Assembly (NCBI GenBank): GCA_046563655.1
Contig: CM102290.1
Location: 10,974,001-11,038,000, forward strand
Source: Yuukianura sp. NJ FZ-2021
Lineage: Eukaryota
Direction: 5' to 3'
Length of the DNA: 64,000 bases
Part shown: in pieces, positions 52,583 through 64,000 of the stretch
How the letters are laid out: the number at the start of each line of letters is the position of its first letter
How positions within the stretch are numbered: position 1 is the first letter of the stretch
Made by a program: the position numbers and the translations under genes
The notes under the pieces: model-generated
The model's database searches: none
The model's input: only the letters and a program-made list of their open reading frames with translations
What the model was told of the DNA's origin: nothing

Positions 52583-52758
52583 GAGTAAATTTGAGTTTGA
52601 AAAGTGCGGTAAAACATTACGCGAATTTGTGTCTTGTGGTATATTTATGTATTGGTTGCTCCACGTTGAAGTTGGCGGCAATTTTGAAATATAGTGTTTC
52701 TTGAGGGAATTTATCTTTAGGTGAGCAAATTTGAATTTGAAAAGTGCGGTAAAACATT
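52583..52758. repeat. 36-bp direct repeat pair, 140 bp apart
   Basis: GAGTAAATTTGAGTTTGAAAAGTGCGGTAAAACATT (52583-52618) vs GAGCAAATTTGAATTTGAAAAGTGCGGTAAAACATT (52723-52758). Confidence 0.8.
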
Positions 52759-53781
52759 GTATGGATCTAGGTCAATATGGGATTTTAGGTATATTGTTAA
52801 TTTAAAATGGGCTTAAAGTTTAAAGTTGTGAGAGAGATTGGGTTGGGTGGCGTGTGTTGATCTCTAAGGATGCACAGAAGATCACATCTTCCTGATTAGC
52901 CATGTATCTTCTGATGGGAAAATGGACCCAGAGGAAACATTCAAGGGAAAGAGGTCTTTTCTTTGTGCATAAAATAAAAGTTTTCGTTTTTTTCCGTTCT
53001 ACAAAAAGTTCCTTGGGATGGATTTTTTTTTGTGAAAGTGCATCATAGGTTGGACTCTTCCTGTACTGTACTATGTACCATGCAGTATATGCTGTATGCT
53101 GGGAGAAAGTTTGAAGTTTGTAAGTTTCCGCCTTTAACCTAACACTTCCCCTCAATGTACTATGTACTATCTGAGACTTTTACTTCATTTAAAATGTAAT
53201 GGCAGGGGAAAGGTTTTCATCCACTTGGAATCGTGGAGGGAACTTTCAAAAAAAGGGAAAGTGGAGGGGAGGCAAAATTTAAAATAAAAAAGGACGGGAG
53301 GGATATTTTTTCCGTGCTGCAACTGGGAAAAGTCACTCTTACCAGATTTCCATTTTTATGTTATTAAATTTGACGCGGTTGGTGGGCCGCGGGAAGAGAT
53401 GATGATGATGATATTAAAAGTTATAGGATTTCATTTATAATTATATTTTATCTATTTAAAAAAATTTAACCTTAAAGTAGAGTTTACAAAAATGTGTACT
53501 GGAAGAATTTCGTGTGATAAGACAATAACTCCTGCTGGGGTGGGCAAATCAATAAATTAAATTAAACAAATATGGGCAAATTAAAGTGCATTACAAAACT
53601 GGGCAAATACATAAAATTACAGGGATGGGCATATAATTGGTTTGAATCAAAATACAGAAATGGGAAATAATTATTGCTCAACGTTTGAGAAATGTGTTAT
53701 TAAATTTTAGGGAAAGGAGGTTTGTATTTGAACTGAAGTAAAAGCTCAAAAAATTAATTTAGTTTTACAGAATAAAAAAAA

Positions 53782-53853
53782 TGCATTGACCGGGAATCGT
53801 GCCCGGGCAGATCAATTGTGCGAGGTGCTTCTTACACAATTGGCAGGCAGTGC
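53782..53853 (-). pseudogene. tRNA-Gly-like remnant (tRNA pseudogene or tRNA-derived element)
   Basis: Minus strand ends GCCCGGGCACGATTCCCGGTCAATGCA followed by T8, close to the metazoan tRNA-Gly 3' end (GCCCGGGTTCGATTCCCGGCCAATGCA). 5' GCACTGC pairs 5/7 with the 3' end over a 72-nt span. B box is mutated; D and anticodon arms are not recognisable. Confidence 0.5.
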
Positions 53854-56767
53854 TTTTGAGTTTGGCTGTTGACTAAGGGAAGAGTGGAGGTAGTTTTAAA
53901 AATTTTATTACCACAATTGTTACAGTTTAATGCTTCCTTGGGTAGTTAATTTCCTTTTGTACATAAAGTTATGTTTATTCTTTGGCGTGTCCTTTGGGAA
54001 ATTGGAGTTTGTGGTTTGGTCTGTCGTTTGGAAGAGAGAGATGAAATCCCATTTTTTGTGTAGACTATTACATGTCTACGTGGACGTAAGTTAGGTAAGG
54101 GAAGTGGTGTGGTTGAAGTAAGGAAACGACTGTTTGTGGTCTTTTCTCTGTGGTTTATAACGTGGAAATGAATTGGTTTTCTCCATTTCTAAAACAGGAT
54201 TAAGATTTCTTTGGAAGCGAGTTTTCTCCTCTGGGGAAAGTGGAAGTGAAAGTGAAGAGGTGTTTATATTTCCCCCTTTTCTGCTATGTATAGACGCTAC
54301 ATGCGTATATATGTACTATGTAGGAAGAGGATATGTAGTTGGTACACGGCGGTATACAGTATAACTACCGATGCAACATTTTCCGGAGAGGGTGGGGGAC
54401 TTGTTCCCCGCCCCCCAAACTTCTGCTTATCATCCCTGTAAAATGTTCCATTATGAAGTACTATCTCCAAATCTTTTACGGAGATGACAATCCCTGGAAT
54501 GCCTTTAAATGCTTCATGAGTCCCCAGAGAGAACTTTTCTCCCCCATGCTTTTCGCGCCTTATAACTTTTCAAATTACGGAGCGGGAAAGTAAGGCGACG
54601 AATTTTGAAAGTTTAAAAAATGAAATGGAAAGGAGTGAACTTTTGGCTGGGGTGGTTGACCTCGGGGGCTTACAATGTAACGACTGTCCGAAACTTAAAT
54701 TCAAAATCCTATAAATCCTTCCGGTGTGTCATCCGGGAAGATTCAAAGTTACGACTTTGCCACTTTGTGACTTTGTTGTTTTGTGTGTGGAAGTGACGCT
54801 AATCTTCTGCCTTTCCCTTTAAAGCATGAAGTTAAGATGAGGCAGAACAAGTTTTGCTGTTTGTAATGTGTGGTAAGAGGCTTGACAGGTTTAGGCCTTG
54901 TGTCCATCTGCCTCGCAGAACCTCATTCTGTTTGACAAGCAGTCGTAGTTTTTGCCAGGGAAATTTGAATTTATAACAGGAGGAGGGAGGTTTTTGTGAG
55001 GAGCGCGGTTTCCTTTGAAATGAAACGCTGTTGCTGTTGCTAGTCTTTTGCCTCTGGGACTGTTTTGGGTCTTACACTCTGTGAGAGTGAGTTAGAATAG
55101 TACAGTGAGTTCCTTTGAATGAAACCTACCAACAGTGTAATTGTGTAAACTGAATTTAATGAATTGTGTAAAATGGAACATGGCTGATTTGGAATAGTTC
55201 TCTGCAAGAGATCCACATCAGGGAATGTTACGTAGATCATTTTATGCTCAAATGATTTCAATAGGAAATGATCCGGAACTTGCCACACAAAAAGTTGAAA
55301 GCCTCTCGGTGCACCGGAGCGCCGCAAAAAAAAAATCGCATGAAATGTTGAGGCCCCGAAAGGATGACTCAAAAGTGAGGCGAAAAAAACTCAGAAAAAG
55401 AAACGCCGTGACTTTTTTGCTGACTTAAATTTTAAGTGCATTTTTTTCTTGTTTTAATCCCACTGTTTTTGTAAAGATTAGCAATGTTTAGGAACGCCGC
55501 TAAGTTAACGTTTTAGTTCTGTTCAGTTGGTGGTTTTGAGGCGCTTGAGCAGCGGTTGAGTTTAGTTTTTGACGTTGGTAGAGTGGGCAGTTGACGTTAG
55601 CTTTTTGTCGCCATGACAGTTTGTTCGCTTCGCTAACTTAACGCAGTGGCTGGCTCGTTGGCTGCAGTAAGCTGCTGCTTCAACTTTGAAATCCAGTGGG
55701 TAAGAAGTGATGGAAGTGGCTTTGGTGCTCTTGAACATGGAGACGTGAGGAGGTTGGAAAGCAAAAGCCGTGGATGACACTTTTTGAGGACCGTGGGAGG
55801 CCACGGCGGTGGTGGCTGTTGTCGTCGTCATGGAAGGGCTTCGCTGCAGCGTAAGCTTCGTCCGCGGTTTGGTGTGGTTCGGTTATTCTTTTGGACTTGG
55901 GCGGAAAGTCAAGCAGAGGAGGTGCCTCAACTGAATACAAATGGGGCAAGGGTTTAATCCATATTTTATTAATAGGAAATACACTACGTTATTGGAGTTG
56001 GATACAAATACACCCACAGCACTACCCTCTACAACCTTTTAGAAACGACGGTTTCGAGAAAAATGGTATGGTTTGGAAAAAAAACAGCGTTTTAGGAAAT
56101 TTGTTCGCTTCTGGTGGAGTAAAAAGAGAAAGTTAGAAAGTCTTGTAGCGTTGAATGCCTTGGTTGAAAACGAGGTGGAAAGTTGAAAAAAAAGTTAAAA
56201 GGAGAATTTGTTTTAGCTAATTCGCCTATGTTCGAGTTGAAATTTGGGTTATGTTATTCTGTATTGCTAGAAAACTGTTATGTGAAAAGTATGTTTAGAT
56301 TAGGTTATGTTTTAAGTGAATTTAAATGTTAAGGTAAAGGAATACTGTGTATGTTATGCCAAGTTTTGGTAGGCTAGTGTTTCTTTTTTGAAAATTTTGT
56401 TTTGAATTTGTGAGAAGTTAATGTTTTCTTGGCCGTAAAAGTGTTTGAAAAGGAGTTCTAGTTTGCGGAAATGTTTCGTCATAAAATGGAAGTTAAGTAG
56501 GAGAGTGGTAGTAAGAACTTCAATCTAACTTTTGACTTGGAAGTGACACACGGTGGAAGTAAAGCTGGAGAAATGAAAATATTGTGAATGGGGTACGAGC
56601 GAATGACTTTGGAGAGAAAGTGATGTTATTTGTGGACGGAGTGGTGCTGGAATGGCTGTGAAGTGGTGGGATTTGATATGCTTAATGGGAACTAGTAGTA
56701 CCGTGAGTTGTGGTAAAAACAAGTGGAGGTTTTAAGGGGCCATGACTTTGTCGATGGACTTAGTGCT

Positions 56768-57085
56768 TGGTGGCAGAAATATGAAAAGTTAGGTTTGGAT
56801 GCACAAAATCGGAAAGTGGTTGGGTGGCAGAAATGAAAAAAAAAGTTGTGGTGGGTGGCACAAAATCGGAAAGTTGTTCGTGGCAAAAATGAGAAAAGTT
56901 ATCCTGGGTGGCAGAAATAGGGAAGTGGTTGGTGGCAGAAATTGGAAAGTGGTCGATGGCAAAAATATGAAAGTGGTTGGTGGCAGAAATAGGAATGTGA
57001 TTGGTAGCAGGGAGAAGAAAAGTTAGGTTTGGTGGCAGAAATTGGAAAGTGGTCTATGGTAGAAATAGGAAAGTGGTTGGTGGGA
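56768..57085. repeat. Degenerate ~22-bp minisatellite
   Basis: More than 10 tandem variants of GGTGGCAGAAATTGGAAAGTGGTT. Confidence 0.85.
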
Positions 57086-60000
57086 GAAAGGTGGCCAAAA
57101 CTACTGCATGGAAGTGGAATGGCATCCAAAGGCCTCCTTAGACTCCCAATTTGTTTTTCTTTATATTCTATACATTTTATGTATAACTTTTCAAACAGAA
57201 CATAGATTTTCCTCGAGTGACTTTTTGTTTGAAAGTTTGTGCATTTTCCTGTACTTTCTCTTTTGCACAACCTTCAAATGGTTTTCTCGCACGTTCTAAA
57301 GCCTCTTCTGTCATTCGTCACTCTAAACAAGGCACTAGAAACGTCGTTTGCGTCTGTTTTTGTGAATGTTGAACGATGTTTGAAAATGTTGGTGTTTTTA
57401 GAACATTTCGACCGGTTGCCAAACTTTGTTTTTGAAGAAACATATATTTTTGCGTCGTCCCGTCCCGCCATAACTTACGTCTTGGTTTTTGATTTACATG
57501 TGATTGGTTTGCCACATAAACGATTTTGCCTTCTTTCGGTGTTTTAATTTCTTAAGGCAACCTGAGAGAGTAGGTAGAAAGCAGATTGGTAGAAAGCAGA
57601 TTTTGGTTTTTTGTCGTTTTGCATGATTTTGTGACTTTGTTTGACTAGAAAGGTGGAGGGTACAGTTGCTGGTCAACAGAGGTCAATGGCCTGTTGCAAT
57701 AAGTAAGTAGTAGCAAGTATACCTATGTTTTGTGTTTGCGTAGGCTGGAAGGCTAGATTAGGTTTGGTGAATAGGGGTGGTAGAAAGTGCCTCATCTGGA
57801 CTGTTGTACTGTAGACGTGGAAAGTGGAACTTATGGGCACTTCCCTATTGATTTTGGTTCTGAATGTAATAATATGGGGAAGATGTGAGGATGTGAGGAT
57901 TTTATTGCCTCCCGTTGCAAAAGGGGCTACCATTTCTCGTTTGTTGAGAAGAAGTAGAAATGGAATATAAATCTGAATCGGAGGATTGGGATGATCCAAT
58001 CTTGATGTGTTTCCTGGGTAGTGGAGTCATCGGAATGCGAAGATGCGGACAGGGATCGCTGGAAGCGTCGTTGGAAGAGACACACACACACACTGTGTCT
58101 ATTGAGCCAGTATTTGGGTGGAGATAATAATCAGGGGGATCATATTGGATCTGGGCACAAGTGAAAGCTCTCCCTCTCCAGGCACTTAAGCCTCTTCCAC
58201 TTCCCCTCTCTACTTTCCAGCAGCGATTGGACTTCCCAGTGGCGCTGGGGAGCTGGAAGGCCAGCAGTTGCTGGAGAAGATCCATTCGAGCAACTGGGAA
58301 GCCAGTCCAAGTCCATCATGTCAACCAGTGAAGGAAAATATGGGAAAGTTTTTTTTTCTGGGGATGTATCGCTCTCCGAGTTTGCGGGATCTTTTTTTTT
58401 CTTTAGTTTGAAATCAAAAGATGATTCAGTACTCTGGGGACCGTTTCCATTTTGAAAAAAGAGAAACAAGCACACAACCCTGGACAAAAGTCGGACGCTA
58501 GGCTTTCTCTCCAACTCGGTCTTGTGGTCCTAGTTCCTGGACGGAATTTGAAATTTGGAAGAAAACACGCTTGAACATTTCTGCCGCCAACATGCTACGT
58601 ACGCTAAACTGAAACGTAAACTTCTGTGGCAAGGAAAACTGAAATTTCTGTTTCTTAAACGGTTTCTGTTTTGTTGCCAAAATGGTATGATTAGGTTTAG
58701 CAAGTGGCAAATATGCCACTTTTATAACGTAAGCGTTTTGTGTACGTAGTGTAAGATAAAACAACGAGAATATAACAAAAATGTAGTGCGGAAACGTAAC
58801 ACACCATACAATAACGTATACTTATACGTAGAAAAGAAATATAACGTACATGCTATAATCATATACCTAACATATAAGTTATACAGATAAGTATAAGTAT
58901 TAACAAAGAAGTATAACGTCTCCAAACATCAGATTTGATACCATAAAATGAGAAAACGTAGTATTGCATAAAAGATTACCTAACATAACAAATTCACGTT
59001 ACGTAAGGTGATGTATCCCAGCATGGTATGTAATTTGTCGCAAACGAAGATGGCATAAGCGCAAAGTCAAAGTCTAACATTAACGTAACCTTAAAAAGTA
59101 AAGGTTTCTTTCTTCTTGGGTTCTCAACTCCAAGAAAGGAAAAGTTTACGTTCTGTTTAATTTCTTAAGATCCTTGATCCGATTTTTTTTTGATTTTGGA
59201 AAATTCTGAAATTGAGTGACTGAGTTTAACTTGCTGATCGCTTCGACAGGGCTACCCTGGAGAAGGCCTTGGAAGAATGACAATGGGCCTTGGTCGTATT
59301 GAGTTTTAAATCCTCCTTGCTAAGTGTTGGGGAATAAGTTTGGAGAAGCGATTTGGGTGAGGGGCTGTGGTGCATGTGAATGAGGGTCTGAAGTGCCTTT
59401 GGTTGTGAACCTGTCATAAAACAATTGAATTGAGGACTCAGGGACCCATCATCATCATTTCAGCCCATCCTCAGTCCCCCGCCTCTTAATTTTTATGAGC
59501 CACTTCATCCCAACTCCAGCTCCAGCCACGTAAATGATCATCTTCCACGTTTAAATTTATAATTGCCATTCCTTCAAGGCAGCCACACTGCGCAAGTCTT
59601 TTCCATGTCAACCACCGGCTTTCTTCGTGTCGTTTTTGTTTTAAAGGCATTCATTCACCATTGGTCTCTGGGGGCTCACATTTGACACTTTCACTTTCCT
59701 CCGACTTGAGGCTTTGGTTGTCTTCTGCAATTCAAAGGAAATAAATGTTCCATTAATGCAAAATACGCTTATTCCAATTCAAATTTAGTGCTATTTTAAA
59801 AGCGGAGCTTGATTTTTTAACGAAAATCAAACAATGAACCTAATTTTCAGAAATTACTCGTCATGGTTTTTAAAAGCCATTATCCTAATTTTGAAAAACG
59901 AGGACCCTAATTCGCAAATATCAGCATTCTCATTTTCAAGAATCATGGCTCTGATTTAAAAAAAAATCTTAATCAGGGTTTTCAGGAAATGCCATCCTGT

Positions 60001-63000
60001 TTTCAGATTTGTTAGAAAATCATGGAGTTAGAGAAAGGTGGGGAAAGTTTTACGTTTTATGAGAAATTGCGAAAAGTTTTTCATTTTTATATCAGCGGCA
60101 TTCTTGTTTATTTGGAAGTAGGATTAAGGTTAGTTAGTTGATTTAACATCAGTTTTGATTATGTCAACCTTTAAATAAGGTCAGGTTAGGTTAGTATAGT
60201 TGTGATTTGATTATTCTACTATTCATTACATGATGTGAAAAAAATCTTTGACAAAAAGAATACATTTCAAAGCGTGCAGTTGAGAAAGAAAAGTGACAAA
60301 TATGAAGAAGTGTAACGCGAACAGTTTTACAAGTCTTGCTGTTGCGCATGCGGAATGAGGTGCAAAGATATTGAAATGAGGTGCAAAGTATATTAAAATG
60401 AAGTGCAAAATAAGTACAAGTGGGGTGGTTAGAATGTGTGGGCTTATTAGCACAGCTTGAAGATTACGGGAGAGACGTTAACGGTGGGAGTTTGAGTCGT
60501 GGGGGCCTCTTATGCGGTATAAGTTTTGTGTTAAAAAGGAAAATGGATTCGATTGGATGTTGTGCGGCACAATGGAGAGAGTAATGGAGAATGGAGCGAG
60601 GGAGTTTTCAATTTCATATCTCCATGACTAATCTAAATGGAACTGAAGATGAGGATATTGTTGCAAACTCGAGTTCAACTTCAAAAACCTTCAACTTCAA
60701 CTTTTGTCTGCGTCCAAAACGTTAAATTGGAACAGGAAAAATCCTTTTGTGGAAAAGGGGGCCTTCCAGAATAAAGTTTTGTAATATTTTGAAACATGAA
60801 CTTACGGATGGAGAACCCATGCTTGGAAATGTAACAGATTTTGATTCAATCCAAAACGAACTTCAATTTTTTTTTTCCTGCAGTTTAACAAACGCTAATC
60901 TAAAACGCATAAATCTGTTTTAAGCTTAAAGTGATTTTTGGCATTGTTCGGTCAGTTTGAGCGGAGAGATGCTGAGCAAGCGTGATTTACGAATGAAGCT
61001 AAACTTTTCTTTAAAAAAAAAGTTGGTGGATTTTTTTGCGAAAACTTTTTGGGATTTAGTTTTAGCGCGTTTTTTTTTCCAAAAACCATTTCAAAGGTTC
61101 AAAACTATTTTCGATCATATTTTACGCATGACTAATTTTTTTATGTTCTGTTCCAAATGGGTTAGGGTGCTTTTGGATCCATTTTGAAAAGGAAAATCTT
61201 GAAAAAAGGCGCCATTGTGTTTCAACACAGGATTCCTGTTGTGTTTTTTGTTGTTGTTTTTTTTTTTGAAAACGAGGTTGGTTTTTATATGAAGCTGGAG
61301 TTCCAATTTCGTAATCCATTTGTGCGAGATGACAAAGGGTTGGATGTATTAGTAATAGAAGTCGTTGAGAGATTCATGTCATTTGATTCCCTTACTCGGT
61401 TCCAACTGATGGCTGATTTATGGGTGGCAGTGTCTTGTGTCTGTAATTGTGCCAGTGCACACGGTGTGCGCAGAGTGTTGGTGTTCTTTGCCAGTACTTG
61501 CGTCACTCCATTCCCACCACCTCGGTACTACCACGACCCGTACGGTGTGCTGCAAAAAAATGAAATGATTTGTGGGGACCCGGAAGATGTGTGATTTATT
61601 GCCAATTGAGGGAAATTGCCTTTTGTGTCTTCTAAAGAAGCGGGAATTGGGAATTTTCTGGTGGGACTTTGGGGCGCAAGTGGTGGGAATAAGGGTCGTG
61701 GCAAGGGCACATTAATTACTTCTATGTGACACTGACAACCTGCCACCAGGGCCCACCAAAATCCCCATGTCCCACCAACCCCCACCCCCTTCATACAGGA
61801 GTTGGTGCCACGGTGGGAAACTGGTGGCATGGAATCGATTTTTTATGTATCTTGTCACCAATTAGTAATTTCAACTGCGAATGAGGCTTTCTTCTGATCA
61901 ATTGTCTTCACGTCAGTGTTATGCGGGTGTTTCAAATCTTGCCGAAATTTTGGGGCTAAAGAGAATACAAGAGGAAATGAGGAAAAATACGTGAATATGA
62001 TTGAAGAAATTTTTGGCGGGAAGAGGCAAATATTACTTGGAACATTGAAGCGGTAACAATCATTTTGGAAACGAAATTTCGAAGAAATGGTATACAAATT
62101 ATTTGAGAATGTGGAAATTTTGTGGAAAAACGAAATTTTTCTGCGGGAAAAGGGAGATTCGGAGTAGGATTAAAACGTTTTTCTAACGTGAGGATTTCCT
62201 CATTTACTCAAGATTTGAGGATTTCGTCGAATGAGTCAGCAGCGCATGGCTGTTGATAAAGATCCTAATGTTAAGTTTTTCTTAACTCTAAATTCCTTTT
62301 AAGAGTTCCACGTTCTCATTTTATGTTCTTGTTCTAAAATGTTGTTCAAATGTTGTTTCTGTGTAAATTTTGTCTAAAAAGTTGCATAATCTCAAGAGAG
62401 ATGTGGTTCTCTGATTAATTCTTTTACCATCAACCATTTGCATTGTTCTCCTCCATCTCCGTCGTATTGTTCTCTTTTATGACGGCGTTGATAAGTCTCG
62501 TAGTTTGTAGACTCGGGTTTTGTTTTACGGTCTATGGACTCTAGGGTTGTTCTGTTTTAGAAAGTAATTAGACCCTTGTTTTATTTCCATTTTTTAAAAT
62601 ATTCTAAAAAAAAAGTTGAAAAGTGTAACGAGATCTGTGGAGCAGCCATGTTGTGGTTGAGCCACAGGTAGATTTTGTGGACTAAATTGTGTAGAGTGAC
62701 TGTGCCTAATTACGTCTAAATAATTCGAATGGAAGTGACTCCAGTGGGCTGGAACATGCTTTCCAGTCCACTGGAGATGCAGATCCAGCAGGGCCCAATT
62801 TCAAAGTTTGTTTTGAGGCTTTGGGCTTTGGTTGGGAATGGAACTGGATACGCTGGAGGCATGTCTTCTCTCCGATTTGGTTGTTCCCACTTTGAATTCA
62901 AATGTAGTGAGATACGTTATGGATTTCTGGATCTGGTTATGGCATATTCCTGGATTTTCTGGAAGTATCACTTTATGTCACGGTGTCAGAGAATCTTTTG

Positions 63001-63515
63001 AAAAAAGAAGAAAGGAGAAAACTTTTGTTCGTCTTCCGGAAAGATATGAATCCGAAAAAGTTCTGGAAGGTGGGTGGTTTACGGTTAGATAGGAGTTGGT
63101 TCATTAAATTTGGTTGAGATTGGTTACAATCGTGAGATTAGGGCTGTCAACAACAGATTCTCGGAATAGTGTCACTAATTGTGAATTGTAAGTTAAAATT
63201 TGATTGGCAATGTTCGGAAGTTCTTGCAAATTGTTAGGTTGAAGTTTATTATACCAATGGTGGAAAGTTTTGCAATTATTAATTCAGCTTGAAATGATGT
63301 TTAAAAGTTAGCTGGATATTTAGTGAAATGCTAAATTTGAGGTCAAATTTTGTTTTTTGATATTTTAGTTTTTGAAATGAACTGATCACGTTAAAGCAAT
63401 TCATGTCAATTTTAAGATTTAACATATTACGTTAAGATTAGGCCACGCCGATATAAGTGAACTCGGACCTGAAATTTTTATTTTTAAAAAAAAATCTTTT
63501 TTTCGTTTTTTGTAG

Positions 63516-63644
63516 ATTCTGCTGTCGACTGCCTCACGCGCCGACTACTACGGAGACATTGAGATTGACCCGGGTCATCCCATTCTGCCCGACACACAAC
63601 TGGATCCCAGTGGTCGTTTCCTGTATGGTCTCAGCACTAACAAG
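63516..63644 (+). CDS. PlexB: Plexin-B coding exon 3 (end of Sema domain); gene continues beyond window
   Basis: Acceptor tttttgtag at 63515, donor AAG|GTGAGT at 63644; 129 nt, phase 0-0. Translates ILLSTASRADYYGDIEIDPGHPILPDTQLDPSGRFLYGLSTNK, which fits the last Sema blade before the PSI domain. Confidence 0.88.
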
Positions 63645-64000
63645 GTGAGTAAAAACTTAAGTGGGGGTGAAGATGAACTGAATTGGAATGAAGTTTCTTT
63701 TCTGGCCACCCTGTCAATTGAGAGGAATTGCCATTGAGGCTGTAAGGCTCAAGGGCTCCTTGGGGAGACTTCAGTGACCTCAATTGCAGAGGGAAGGCAA
63801 GGAAGGCTCCTCTGCCCATCATCAATTTTCATTCCGACTAAGGACAGGGGGAATCAATTTGAGAAGCTTAGGAGGAAATGAAATCAAATGCCCGGATACT
63901 ATGTTTACGAAGGCCGAGAGAGCGCCTCATAGTGAGTCTTTTGGATCCGTTCCAGAAAAAAAAGATACTGGGTTTTAAATTTTTAAATAATTTTGAAAAC

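Noticed and set aside
56692..57270. ORFs with FCH/GGRN repeats
   Set aside because: Translations of the 22-bp minisatellite.

Overview
Eukaryotic, AT-rich DNA, most likely arthropod (judged from the plexin-B subtype and scattered TTAGG-like tracts). The window is mostly the 5' part of a large + strand plexin-B gene. Three phase-0 coding exons (40278-41561, 47584-47760, 63516-63644) encode a signal peptide and most of the Sema domain. A probable non-coding first exon ends at a perfect donor at 17793. On the - strand a compact two-exon gene (18463-18988), only partly visible in the ORF track, encodes a 135-aa tandem CHHC zinc-finger protein of the GTSF1/Asterix piRNA-cofactor family, apparently nested antisense in plexin intron 1. 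The introns hold several DNA-transposon derivatives: a multiply deleted pogo element, a hAT MITE, and a foldback-like element containing a 150-bp element with two Helitron-3'-like ends. They also hold a cluster of four ecdysone-response-type IR1 palindromes, a tRNA-Gly-like remnant and minisatellites. Two window-wide signals stand out: at least 15 fixed-spacing SSSSS-N4-TTYRAA (CDE/CHR, DREAM-type) motifs, and patches of ~10-bp-phased CTTAAG/GGGYMC words. No CRISPR array or rRNA was found, and nearly all other short ORFs look spurious. Everything was read by eye; no database searches were run.
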